From: Fistulifera solaris
Lineage: Eukaryota
Direction: 5' to 3'
NCBI GenBank assembly: GCA_030295235.1
Contig: AP026124.1
Span: forward strand, 2,232,001 to 2,296,000
Length of the DNA stretch: 64,000 nucleotides
This document shows, in pieces, positions 23,419 to 35,143 of this stretch. The notes beneath the pieces were generated by a model. That model was given only the letters and a program-made list of their open reading frames with translations. It did not search any database and had not been told where the DNA came from. How positions within the stretch are numbered: the first letter of the stretch is position 1; every line of letters begins with the position of its first letter. A program made the translations under genes and the position numbers.

Positions 23419-25166
23419 ATGAACAAGTCGTCCGTACCGTTCGCGGAGGACTGGCCGGTGCAAGCCGACGATCCTCTCGAGATGGCACTGGATCAACCCT
23501 TTCTGCCGACCCACGATGCACTCAAAACATGCTCTGGAAATGATATTCATCTCGTTAAAAGCGCTGCGAATTCCGCCAATCGATGTTTAGCCATCTTACC
23601 CGGTTTGCTAGCCTTGCATCCGCCCAAGACAACGGAAAACAACCACAAAACCACAAGTACCGCAGACCATCCCGACACATCCGAAAAGACACGGACGCGA
23701 AAACAGCTTCCAAACCCGAAGCCATTGCTTTGGGTGAAATGAAAGGGTTATTATCGACCGACACCCCTACGCTGCGTATGGGTTGTATGGAACTGCAGGG
23801 ACAACGCGTTCAGACAACTTCCAAATTTTTGGTGCTGACCCTTCAGCCCAAAAAAGAAACGCGTGGTTTGCAAGCATATTTTTGATTCGGTCGTTCTGTT
23901 TGGTCAAGCGCAAATTAAAAAAGCTCCTCAGGAAGCACCTGCATTACCGCAGCCCTGGGTACATTACGGTGGGTCCGCGCGGGCGGGGATCAATGGTACG
24001 AATGTAGCCTACCGTTTACCTAACGTCTCGAAGGAAGCCGCAGTCAAGCCCCGCGTGGATCCAACCAAACCCATCACACCCAAAGTACTTGAAAAGAGAA
24101 ACAGCGCGAAGAATTGAATGACGATGATTCCGAAAGTGATCTAAGTAGTTTGAAGGATGCGAACGACGGAGATGATTTTCACATGGACATTGTACCTTCC
24201 TCGTTGGGGCGCCGAGCGAGTTCGCAACGGAAAGTCAAAGCACCTGTCAAGTATTTAGAACGAGAACTGGAATCCAGTGAAAGTGAGAGCGAAGAAGAAA
24301 CGCCCGTGAAACGAGCCCCTCGTGCTATTAAGAAAACCACCGAGTCGATGGCTGAGAAGGATGATGGGGTTGTTGTTCCACCGAATAGTCAGCCATCTTC
24401 AACGCCAGCTTCCCGACATCACGCGAAGGCAACTTCTAATAGATCATCTAGTGATAGTGAAGACGATTATGTGCCCTTGAAACGAGCCGCTCGAGATAAG
24501 AAGACCTCGGATGGGAAGGTGGATAGAAACGCAGAGAATTATGCTGTCGTCGTTGAACCACGGCCTTCCTCGACACGTGCGGCCTCCCAACGCCCATCTG
24601 TTGTGAAATCAGGTGATAAGAGAAACGATAACTCGAAGGCACCGAAACGGGTCGCGAGTTCGAAGAAAATTACCGACGAATCATCTGACGAGGAGGAAGT
24701 CGTCGAGGTACTGTCAAGCAATCCGTCAGCCTCGCTCCGTGCCCCGCGAGGAAAGCAAAATGCAGCTGACGCCGTTCGAAAACAAAAGGAAGACTCTAGG
24801 GATGAGGTTGTCGTAATAGATGGTGATAAATCTACTCAATCTCCACGCAAACGAAAGTCACCACCGGTCACACAATCCCAAGACGACATCGATGACGTGG
24901 AGAATGATCCAAGCGTAGCAGAGGATAGTGATGACGATTTCGAAGCTCCAATGAAATCTAGTTTGGCAAGAAAGAGCAAAAGCGTGCCTGACTTTAAGGC
25001 ACCGCCAGCGAAACGTCCACGGGCCTCTTCAGGCGCCATGGACTCCTTGGTCTCGACTGCCACGACGCCGACTCGACGTCGTCGACGTACTGGAACTACA
25101 CCATCCCCGTCCAAAAAGTCCGCCTCGACCACTTTCTTTCAATCTTCGAATGACTTTTCATTCTAA
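23419..25166 (+). CDS. RHL1-like DNA-binding protein (topoisomerase VI accessory) with long disordered C-terminus; frameshifted
   Basis: KTCSGNDI..RCLAILPGLL..LGEMKGL.TDTPTL..MELQGQRVQTTSKFLVLTL..VCKHIFDSVVLFG follows the plant RHL1 core pattern from memory (GKDII..RFLFSFPGLL..IGDL..L.TKNPILY..MKLFG..Y..LTLQF..C.D.FDNMIVF). Confidence 0.65.
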
Positions 25167-25471
25167 TGTTGTAAACGTCTATATTTGAACAGTGTGGTCA
25201 ACGCTTGTCGCAGCAAATGGCACGGCACTCATTATATTCTTACCTTTGTCGAGCGTCCCTGCAATCGAGCTAGATGTGGCTGGAATTGCCTCTCGTCATG
25301 GCTATTTAACAAATGAATTGACGAAACAATTCGAACTAATTTTTGTGTCGATGTTCATCGCATACATTAATGTTTACATCATCAACGCTACATATTTGCA
25401 TTCTTTCAATCTTATCATTTTCTCACTAATTACATTGATTCGGCCGCCTGTTCTCATTGTTCGTACTGCTG

Positions 25472-26638
25472 CTATCGTGACGAAAGGAGAGACGGACTGT
25501 GCGTCACAGTTAAAGCCGAGCAATTGACAAAGTCGTGCAACAAAGGTGTGTAGCCCGTCAACCAACTTTGTGTCGCCTCCACTTGTTCCGGTCCGTAGGC
25601 TTGTAAGAATTGGGATTGTTTCGTAGTTGTGACGACGCCCTTGTGGAACGTTTGTGCGGCCCGGTGCAATTGAAGAAAATCCGTTGGAAACAGTATATCA
25701 CAGTGTTGATCGGCGTTGGGCGTTAAATAGCAAAGATGATCACAATCATTCATGTCGGTAACGAGAGGTTCACCAGGAGCCCAAGTCGAGTGGCGATGGT
25801 GACTGTACAATTGATTTGGTTCGGGCAAATGATCAAAATCCATAAATAGCAATTGAGTAGCCGATGGATGTTCCAGAATTTGCTGCAATAAACGCAAGGC
25901 CACGGTGGGGAACCATGTGACCGGTCTTCGGTGATGCCCAAGGAACTGTGACACCATTTGCTGCAGTAAGGGGTCCGTAAGAGGGACAAAAACTTCGTGC
26001 CGTGTTCCATCTGCCGTATGATGGACTTCGGCTTGTTCGACGCTCTGTGCACCGGGTCGGAAGCGAATCTTGTCATGCGGAAGATTATCGAGTACTTCCA
26101 GTGCTAATACAAAAGTGGTGGTATCTGCTGGGGCGTCGGGAATCAACGAGGAGCTTTGCTCGATGGGCTGTTCGGCGACTTGTAATAGGTCCAGTTGACG
26201 AAAATTCATCTTGTCGTGATGTTCTTTTGCCACCGTTTCTTGTTGGAGTTCCAACAACGTCGGAGAACTATCCACTAGCGTATAATGTGTCAGCCGGTCA
26301 TACACGTCCGGTGCTTGTCGTTGCAACGCTAGCAAAACACCATTCGCATTAGTACCTCGACCTCCGCCCAGTTCGACAATTTGTAGCTTAGAAGAAGTCC
26401 CCGCATGATACGCAATGAAATGAGCTATCGTATTTGAAAAGTAAGGCTGAAAGAGTTCGACGGGTGTCAGCCATTGCCCCGCCGTTTGTCGATACAATGT
26501 TTGGTAGACGCGCTGCCAATGCCATTCGCCCCAGAGGGATCGAAAATCAATACGACGACTCGCCGCACCGACGATGGCAGCGGAGGGTTGTGCGTAGTAC
26601 GCGGCTAGCTTTTTGGCAATGTAGTGTCGCACGAGCAT
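25472..26638 (-). CDS. NDUFAF7/MidA-family SAM-dependent methyltransferase
   Basis: GQWLTPVELFQP, QIVELGGGRGT, LALEVLDNLPHDK and DILFPTDF. Confidence 0.85.
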   Translation of the reverse strand: MLVRHYIAKKLAAYYAQPSAAIVGAASRRIDFRSLWGEWHWQRVYQTLYRQTAGQWLTPVELFQPYFSNTIAHFIAYHAGTSSKLQIVELGGGRGTNANGVLLALQRQAPDVYDRLTHYTLVDSSPTLLELQQETVAKEHHDKMNFRQLDLLQVAEQPIEQSSSLIPDAPADTTTFVLALEVLDNLPHDKIRFRPGAQSVEQAEVHHTADGTRHEVFVPLTDPLLQQMVSQFLGHHRRPVTWFPTVALRLLQQILEHPSATQLLFMDFDHLPEPNQLYSHHRHSTWAPGEPLVTDMNDCDHLCYLTPNADQHCDILFPTDFLQLHRAAQTFHKGVVTTTKQSQFLQAYGPEQVEATQSWLTGYTPLLHDFVNCSALTVTHSPSLLSSR

Positions 26639-27506
26639 GGAGTCTTCGTTATTATGAGTTATGGCTAGACAACATGGTGTTTATTAGTCTCTAGAGGCAT
26701 GCATTATTGCTTGCTTATTGATGGCAAATAATCAAAAATGTGTTGATGTGCTGCGACGAGAGCTGCGAGCGAGAGACTGTGGCACCATTTGCATAATGTC
26801 GCATTACTATTAGTATTAGTACGAAGTATGAAGTATTAGCTAAAATGCAGACGACCTGTTTAAAAAAATTCTTTTAATCATTAGAAAAGAGGTAATTCTC
26901 TGTTTATCAATGCCCATTTAAGTCCGCTGTTAATAACAATAGATTAAAATAACAGTTATTAGTTAATACATCCGTGCTGTGATTTCAGCTGTTTTGATGA
27001 AAAAATGACATTAGTTGGTACCGTACCTTAAACTAAGTCACGTTTTTGCTATCACATCAATTGTAGGCGGTTATTTTAATTCAGTCCCGAAACAAAATAG
27101 TGCTGCGGTGCGAGAACATTCTCGCTTTTGTCTCGTTTGTTAGAAAAGGCTGGTTGTGATGCGACGGTTTTAGAATACTCCTTGCCGACTTTCACCGAAA
27201 CTTATTGAGGGAAACGATTTTCGTGGATTTTCTATTAGAATTCCTTGTATCGGCAAATGCCGAAAGAATGCTTTGCGGAACGAATTCGGGGACCGACAGT
27301 GTAAAATGAATGACGGTGCGGATTTTTCAGGGACCAATGTAACACACTTTTCGAGAGAGGTCACCTTTCCTTAACCGAACAAAATTGGATGTTCGGTTCT
27401 CCCAAAGGACTACAAACTGTTTCGCCGGAGAAAATTGTTGGATACGAAGATTGTTTGCGGTATCTTTCTAAATATCTTGTCGACAATTCACCAATAAGCA
27501 CCCAGG

Positions 27507-28124
27507 ATGGAGTCCGTTGACACTCTTCATCAGAAAGGAAGACTTTATTGTCGTCAAATCGAAAAGCATTTGGAAAGCACCACTGTAAACATCGATGACT
27601 TTGATCTTAAGGAATGTCTGGATAAGGCCAGGACAACTTTTCAACGAGGTATCGACATGGCATTTGAACAGGGATGCACGTACTCTGGGGCAACTTTACG
27701 CCTGTCCTGCGCTTCTCTTCTTGCTCGAGTGTGCATGTCGGGACGCATATCCTCGGACGCGTATCAAGAAGAAGGATTGTCTATGCTGAACTGGATCATC
27801 ACGCACGAAGGCGCAGTGGTACATGACGTCGTAGCCAGGGCTCGCACGGAAAAGCTACAACTGGAGAATGCCGACATTGTGCAGATTGTTCAGGCGATGA
27901 GCGTTGTTTCGGGATACGATTACGGCGGGCCTTGGTCGGATCATTGGTATGAATGCCCCAACGGGCATCCGTATTTCATCGGCGAGTGCGGACGTGCTGC
28001 TTTTGAGTCGAACTGCATCGAATGTGGGGCGCGGATCGGAGGAATCGGACATAACTTGCTTGAATCGAATCGCCCAGCGAACAGTTTGATATCCCGTGCT
28101 CGGGCCTCGATTCCCAAATTGTAG
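27507..28124 (+). CDS. Stand-alone RZ-finger protein (helical region + RNF213/ZNFX1-type RZ finger)
   Basis: HWYECPNGHPYFIGECGRAAFESNCIECGARIGGIGH. Intact 205-aa ORF, collinear with the C-terminus of the downstream ZNFX1-like gene. Confidence 0.85.
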   Translation: MESVDTLHQKGRLYCRQIEKHLESTTVNIDDFDLKECLDKARTTFQRGIDMAFEQGCTYSGATLRLSCASLLARVCMSGRISSDAYQEEGLSMLNWIITHEGAVVHDVVARARTEKLQLENADIVQIVQAMSVVSGYDYGGPWSDHWYECPNGHPYFIGECGRAAFESNCIECGARIGGIGHNLLESNRPANSLISRARASIPKL

Positions 28125-29178
28125 TTAACTGTGATGTTGATAGTTTTCTATTCGATATTGTTTATCTGTAAAACGTCGTCAAAGTAGCGTCAACTCCAAA
28201 ATAGAGTTAAAGTCGTTTTATGAGTATATAGTCATCACTCAAAAGGTTGAACCAAGGGGAGGTTGACCGTTCATTAAGAGAGACAAGGACAGAGGAACCT
28301 AAGCTATAAAATTTTTACCTTGGTTAACATTTGAGTACCGATACGATAGAAATGGCTTTGCGTAATTTCGACTTATTCGACGCGAAGATGCGAGACGATG
28401 ATACGCTATCTCGACGAGTCTTTGTTGTGTTCAAAAGGTTTAACGTTACAGACTCGCTCATCAAGATGAAGGGCCAATGCTTTTTCAATCTCGCGCCTTC
28501 CCGACTCTGGAGCTGTTGACGCTGAATGAATAGCTCGACTTCTCGAAAGACTTGGTTCGAAAAGCTTATGATTGACCTTTCTTCGCAGCACAAAGAGAGA
28601 GTTTCTTCTACGAGATAAGCTGATACATCCTAGTTTTATGTGTTGTCCGTTCCGTCGGCGGTAGGAAGTGAGTGACGAGAACATCAACCACGCCACGAAC
28701 ACATAAAATGAGTACAGTTCGCAAAAAAAACGTTAGGGAAATTTTCGTGGACCAATCAGAGGTGAACAAATGATATGCTGAAATATCTTCACCTAAAAAC
28801 TACACGGAATATTCGGTGCCAGCGAGATCTTTTCTCCTTTTCGACAAGGATGCAAACGCGACCGACGTACTCGGCACGTTAAACGATTTGCCGCAAATTC
28901 GTTTCATTCTGATTTTGTTTTACTGGAACCTCACCGGAGACAGCATCGCACGAAATAACGGGTCTGAATTAAGTCTACGCTATATCATTACAAAACTAAG
29001 TTGGGCTCTCTGGCACGAGTCTATCGAATCTTTTCAGTCAAAGAGTAATCGCAAGGTAAACAGCTGAGCTGTCTTACGTTTGGTTTCAATCCGTGGTGGA
29101 ATTGAGCTCAATTCTCTTTCCCCGCTCTTGTTCAGCATTCCGTCGGCCAAGAAGCGTCCAACGACGGCGGAGGACGCC

Positions 29179-32100
29179 ATGGGAAAGAAGCATTGTGGCG
29201 GGCGTGGGCGCGGGTCCTCGAATGGCAGACAAGGGGGCAAGACTTTAACCGCATCACGCCCACAGTCTTCCGGCGATATGTCGTATCGTCGTAGAAGGGT
29301 TTTCGATGCTCTTGTCAAAAAGAAACTGCTACTTTCGAGGGGAAAGCTCAAGTGTTACGTTTTATTGAAGGAATGGAGAGCTTCTCTTCCAAAGCTGAAT
29401 TGATGGACAAGATCGAAGATCGCCGGGCCCATGGCATGAAGCGCATTCGTGAAATGTTAAGCTACATGAATTCCATTGAAGATGTTGATCAAATTCTCGT
29501 CCGCATACTTCGCTTGTTTCTCGATAAAGAGCTTGACAAGCCTATGTATCTGCCCAAGCGCAACAAGATTCTCATGGCGATCTATATCTCCCCATGTTTG
29601 ATGGAGACACTCGTCGCACGAGATGCCGCCTCGCAGCTTCATCAAAAGGCCGCGGATTATCTTTGTTTATTTCTGCAAGAAATCTCCAAAGTTTTCATGG
29701 AGGCCAGGAAATCTGAGTACGTCATGACGATGGCAAAGGCTTTACGAAGCCGTGGAGATGTGGATGCTGCGACCCTTTGTGCAATCCTACTGGTGGATGA
29801 ACAGGTCGCCATCGACGAGAATGCTTTGTACTTAAAGACTACGAGTGACAAGACATCGGTTTGCTGGGTTACAGATAATATACCGCCAGGAGGAAGACAC
29901 GACAACGACGAGCGGAATTTCCGTGACATTCAAATTCTCCCGACGACAGATGAGCTTTGTTGCAAGGCTAAACCATGGCTTCCTTTACGTGACCAAAATG
30001 CGATAATTAATGATCTTGCAACGCGCTTGCTAGACAAGCATTTTCGTCTTTTAAGAGAAGATGCTATATCTACTATCAAGGAAAATATTGAGCAACAAAC
30101 GCGATCGTGGAAAAATGCCAGAATCATAGACTTGGACTTCACAGGCTTCGGAAAGAGCAAGCTATTTACCTTTTTGGTCCAGCTTGATTCTCGTCCAGGA
30201 GGCAACCCCAAGTGGGAAATCTCCCGTGCACTCATGCAAGGGTCGGTTATCGCTTTGTGTATAGACGGAACACCTCAACTGATGGGCAAAATTTCCCATC
30301 GAGATCATGAAACTCGTGGCGCCTGGCTCAGGCACCCCCAAGGCCCTATTGTGGGTGTGTTCTTCGAGCCACACACGAAAGACTTCCAAAATGCGTTGAT
30401 TGATGTTTTGAAGAATCTTCCTTATAGTAAGCACGAGTCTAACGAAATCATGCAGGAGGAGCCAACTAGATCGAAACACAAGAAGAGCAGTGGAAAAAAT
30501 CAGAAGAACGATGGTGGAAATAAGGGAAAGACGGCAAAGAAGGGCGGCGGAGCCAACCATCAGAGTCACTGCACATCATCCAAAGCTTTCCATGAGTTGC
30601 CGAAGTACGACTTGGTCGAAGCGTCATCTTCTTTTTTTACCTGTCAACCGATTCTGGCTTCGCTTCAATCAAAATATTCACTACCATTTTTGGAAGAGCT
30701 TTGTAGCTCTTCTCCGCTGAGAATTTCTCACCCTCCTGACTATCTTCCGGATACGCTTTGTATGCCTAAGGGGAAAAATTTTAATGGATTTTGTTGCAGC
30801 ATATCTTCGTGGTCGTCTGCTGATCTTGTAAGCAACACGAGCTTGGATTCAAGTCAAGCAGATGCTCTTCATCATGCCTTCACGTCACGAGTCTCGCTTA
30901 TACAAGGTCCGCCAGGAACAGGAAAGACTTTCATTGGTGCTTTGATTGCTCGTGTGATTCGAGAGAATACAAATCAATCCATTCTTTGCATCTGCTTTAC
31001 TAATCATGCTCTGGATCAATTCCTTGAACACATGCTTGACGCAGGAGAGACTAGTATAGTTCGTTTGGGAGGGAGATCGAGATCCGAAAGATTGAGAGGA
31101 TACGGTCTTCGCGATTTGGTTCATAGCAAGGCACAGAAAACCAACTCTACTCAGATGAAACGAATTGATGCCCAGCTTCATTCTAGACGTGAAGAAATCC
31201 AGAAGTGCATCAAGACGTTAAAAACACAGATTAATTGGCAAAGCCCCCTTGGAGGTATTCAGCAGTTTCTGGAAGATGAATATCCAGACATATATGAATG
31301 TTTTCCTGAAATGTCGGAAGACGCAGATGGGTTCAGGACGACGGGGAAGAAAGGGAAGGCATTCAAAAGGGACGAGCTATGGACACGATGGATTAAGGGA
31401 GAAGCGTTTCCTGACTTTTTGCGAGACAGACTCAATCCGTTTGGGCCCGATGTGTTCGAGGACTTTTGGGCTATACCTTACAACGCTCGGCTAGATCTTG
31501 TAGATGCATGGAAGAGTGATATATTTGCGGAAACTATCGAAAAGCTGGAGGATGCTTTGACTGACTACGGTGCTTTGGTGCGCGAGCGAGATGCGCTAAA
31601 ACAGACAGAAGACTTACAGATTTTAAAAAGTGCTCGAGTCATTGGTGCCACGACCACAGGTGCTGCCAATTTCAAGGACTTGTTAGCTTCAAAAGCGTCC
31701 AGGGTCATCATTATTGAAGAAGCGGGCGAAGTTCTTGAAAGTCACGTACTGTCGGCTTTACATGCGGACTCGACAAAGCACTTAATTATGATCGGCGATC
31801 ACAAACAACTTCGTCCGAAGGTTGAAAATTACTCCCCTTTCGACTGTATCAGGGCACGGCTATGATCTTGATTGCTCACTTTTGAACGGCTTGTTTTGTC
31901 AAATTTACCTTCTGCGACACTCAACGTTCAACACAGAATGCGTCCCGAGATATCACAGTTTATTCGGTCTCAAACATATCCGCAGCTACTGGATCACAGT
32001 TCGGTTCGTGAGTTTCCCCACGTGAAAGGCGTCACGCAAGATGTAGTCTTTATTGATCATAAAGTCCTGGAGGACGGGACAAGCGCCAAAGACGATGATT

Positions 32101-34781
32101 TGGGGAAGACTAAGTCGAATACCCACGAAGCCGAATTGTGTGTCGAGATCGTTCGATTCTTTCTGTTGCAGGGTTATGCACCGAGTCGAATTGCGATCTT
32201 GACACCATATCTTGGACAGCTGATGAAAATACTACGCTTGGTGAGAGGTAGGCTCCGTGAAGCAATAGCGTGTGTTAGTGAACAAGACCAGCGCGATCTT
32301 GAGGACATCGGAGGCGAAAATGAACCTGTCAATGACGAAGTCGTTGATAGAAGTGTTAGGTGCTCCACGGTCGATAATTTTCAAGGAGAAGAAGCTGATA
32401 TAATTATCATCTCACTGGTAAGATCCAATAATTTTGGAAACGTCGGTTTTCTCAAGGAGCCACAACGAGTGAACGTTCTCATGTCACGTGCGAAGCACGG
32501 AATGTTTATTGTTGGCAACGCTTCCGCCTTGCGAAATTCGAAAGCCGCGAAGAAGGTATGGGATCCCATTCTTGACCTATTGGAGTCGGAAGGAAGGCTA
32601 CTACCGGGACTTCCTACTTACTGCTCGCTCCACCCCGACGACGATCCCATTGTGCTCTCAAAAATGGAAGATTGGAGAATGTCTAGACCGAATGGTGGTT
32701 GCAGCAGGCCGTGCCACTTTCGTATGGAATGCGGTCATAAGTGCTCTTCCAGCTGTCATCCGAACGACAAGGACCACAAACTGCTTCAACGGAACTGCTG
32801 CAAACCTTGCAAGCGAGTGCCATCGGAATGTCCGTTCGGTCACCAGTGTAACAAGTTGTGTAAAGAAGATTGCGGCCCATGTGATGCTACTGTCGGCAGC
32901 GTTCGATTAAGTTGTGGTCACTCAATGGACAACGTTCGGTGTCACCAAGTTTGCAACGACAAACAAGTCGAGACGTTGACGAACCTTTGTACGCATTCTG
33001 TGTCACACGTCTTCACTGCCTGTGGCCATATAGCTCAAACTAGTTGCGGAAACGCCAATCGTCTAAGCCCTCTTTGTCCGTTGAAATGTGGTAAAGTGAT
33101 TGAGCTCTGCGGTCACCCCTGTACGCGGGATTGTGGGTTCTGCGAAAGCGATCATTTCTGCGGACAGAAATGCGAGCGCGTTTTGTTTTGTGGCCATTTA
33201 TGCGGACAGCAGTGTCACGGCAGCGACGAATGCCCTCCTTGTTCTGAACAGTGTGCAGTAAAGTGCATCCATTCGGGTTGCCCAAAGAAATGCCACGCGC
33301 CGGTGAGTCCACCACGTTTCCCAGTGTCTATCTTGTGTTATGGTGTGTCTTACATTAGTCCGAACAGTGTGCTTCTTGCGTAGAGGACTGTGAATGGGAA
33401 TGTGAACACCAGGGCCGTTGTGATGTTGTTTGCGGTGCTCCTTGTACAAGGCTGCCATGTGACAAGGTAAGAGTAACGTTAGCATCAAAAATAATTGCAT
33501 GCATTCAACCCATACTTAAGCTCATTGTTGTTCTTATTCCAGCGTTGCCAGAAGAAGCTTGAATGTGGACACATTTGCCCGTCGGTCTGCGGTGAACCAT
33601 GTCCTTCAAAGACATACTGCCAAGAATGCGGAGAAGATTGGGTCAAGTCTCATGTCCTCGATATGATTGAATTTCACGACTACAAAGACCATGATGTAGA
33701 TGACGACCCTATCGTTGTTCTCCCCTGCGGTCATTTCTATGCAAGTAGCACAATGGATGGGCTTCTGGCAATGTCTGAGGTGTATGAGGTGTGCCAGCGA
33801 ACTGGCAAGTTCATTGGATTAAAGAGTCTCATGGATGCCAACGTCAATGAAAAGCCGGCTGTTTGTCCGGACTGTAGATCAGTAATCCACTCGGTGCGGC
33901 GATATGGGCGGTTCCTTAACTTGAAAGGATTGAGGAGCTTGGAACGCAAGCATATGTTTGTTGTTCGGAACAAACTGGCAAATCTACATCGTATTCGCAA
34001 GGAAGGTACAAAGCACGATGAATCAAAGTTTTTGAAACAGTTGCGTGAGCTTGAGAAGACAATTATGACCAGCCCTATGAGAAAAGTCAAGAATGCGTGT
34101 TTGTCGTCTGCTCATTCGATGGAAGTGCCTTCGCCTCCAGTCATCCCGCTGCTGGGAACATTGGAGCTTAGAGGACAAGTTTATTCCGATCAGATTGAAA
34201 AACTATTGAAAGTTGACCGCGCGAGTGCTGCGGATGAAGTGAAGAATAAAGGGATAGATATGGTCCAGGAATGTTTCGAGCTGGCATCAGAGACGTATCG
34301 AAGAGGAATTGCGATTGCGGATGGATCCAAAAGCATGAGATCTGGTGCCAACTTGCGACTGGCATTTGCTTCGCTTCTGTGCAGAGTCTCCAGGTCGCGT
34401 CGTATTCCAGGGGATGGATTGAAAGAGGAAGCAGATGTAATGATGGATTGGATTGTTGCGAACGAATCTGTTCTTGGAAATGAACTTGTGACCAGGGCCC
34501 GCAGGATGAAGCAGGATTTGGATAACCGCGACATCCTAGAGGTTGTAATGGCGATGCAAATCGAAGGAGGTTATAACTTTGGAGGAAGTTGGTCCAGCCA
34601 CTGGTTCGAATGTCCCAACGGACACCCCTATTTCATTGGAAATTGTGGAGGCGCCATGCAGGAGTCCAACTGCCCCGAGTGCGGTGCCCGAGTGGGAGGA
34701 ACTAGCCACACGCTCATTGCATCAAACCGCCCTGCCAATGATTTGATAGCACAAATTAGGGCTGCTGCACCGCAGCTTTGA
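29179..34781 (+). CDS. ZNFX1: ZNFX1-like SF1 (UPF1-like) RNA helicase with NF-X1-type zinc fingers, RING-like region and C-terminal RZ finger; introns 33303-33367 and 33467-33542
   Basis: PPGGRHDND..FRDIQILPT, LIQGPPGTGKT, CFTNHALDQFLE, IIIEEAGE, IGDHKQLRP, QHRMRPEI, TVDNFQGEE and RVNVLMSRAKHG. Repeated CGH.C...C fingers, LPCGH..CPDCR, and HWFECPNGHPYFIGNCGGAMQESNCPECGARVGG. Frameshifts at ~29320 and ~31835. Confidence 0.92.
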
Positions 34782-35143
34782 ACGCAATAATTCTTGGTCT
34801 TCCACATTTGTAATTGACTTGAGAAACTTCTGAACTTGTTTCCTATTATTTGATCGTTGCGTCTAATCTGAGATCTAAATACGATTTACGTGTTTGCCTT
34901 CATACTGCTATGATTCTGCTTCGTCTGTCCTCAGATTCTTGCTAAAAGGGGTATGCCTGTCCGTCACCCGGTATGTTTTGAACCGCGGAAATCGCGTCAG
35001 AAAAAGTATTCATTCAATGCATCGCTTATCTTTGTCAGAATAAAATCGTCTTGTCAATAACATCGAAATAGGCTATAGCGAGTGCTCTTTTTAGGCGAAG
35101 AAACAGATAAATAGCTTCTCGCCTGTGCGGTTTGTTATTCAGA

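Noticed and set aside
28200..29000. Short ORFs between the RZ gene and ZNFX1
   Set aside because: No recognisable motif and no similarity to ZNFX1 seen by eye.
29300..31870. Programmed ribosomal frameshifting in ZNFX1 or other genes
   Set aside because: Indels are scattered over unrelated housekeeping genes at homopolymers, so sequencing error is more parsimonious.
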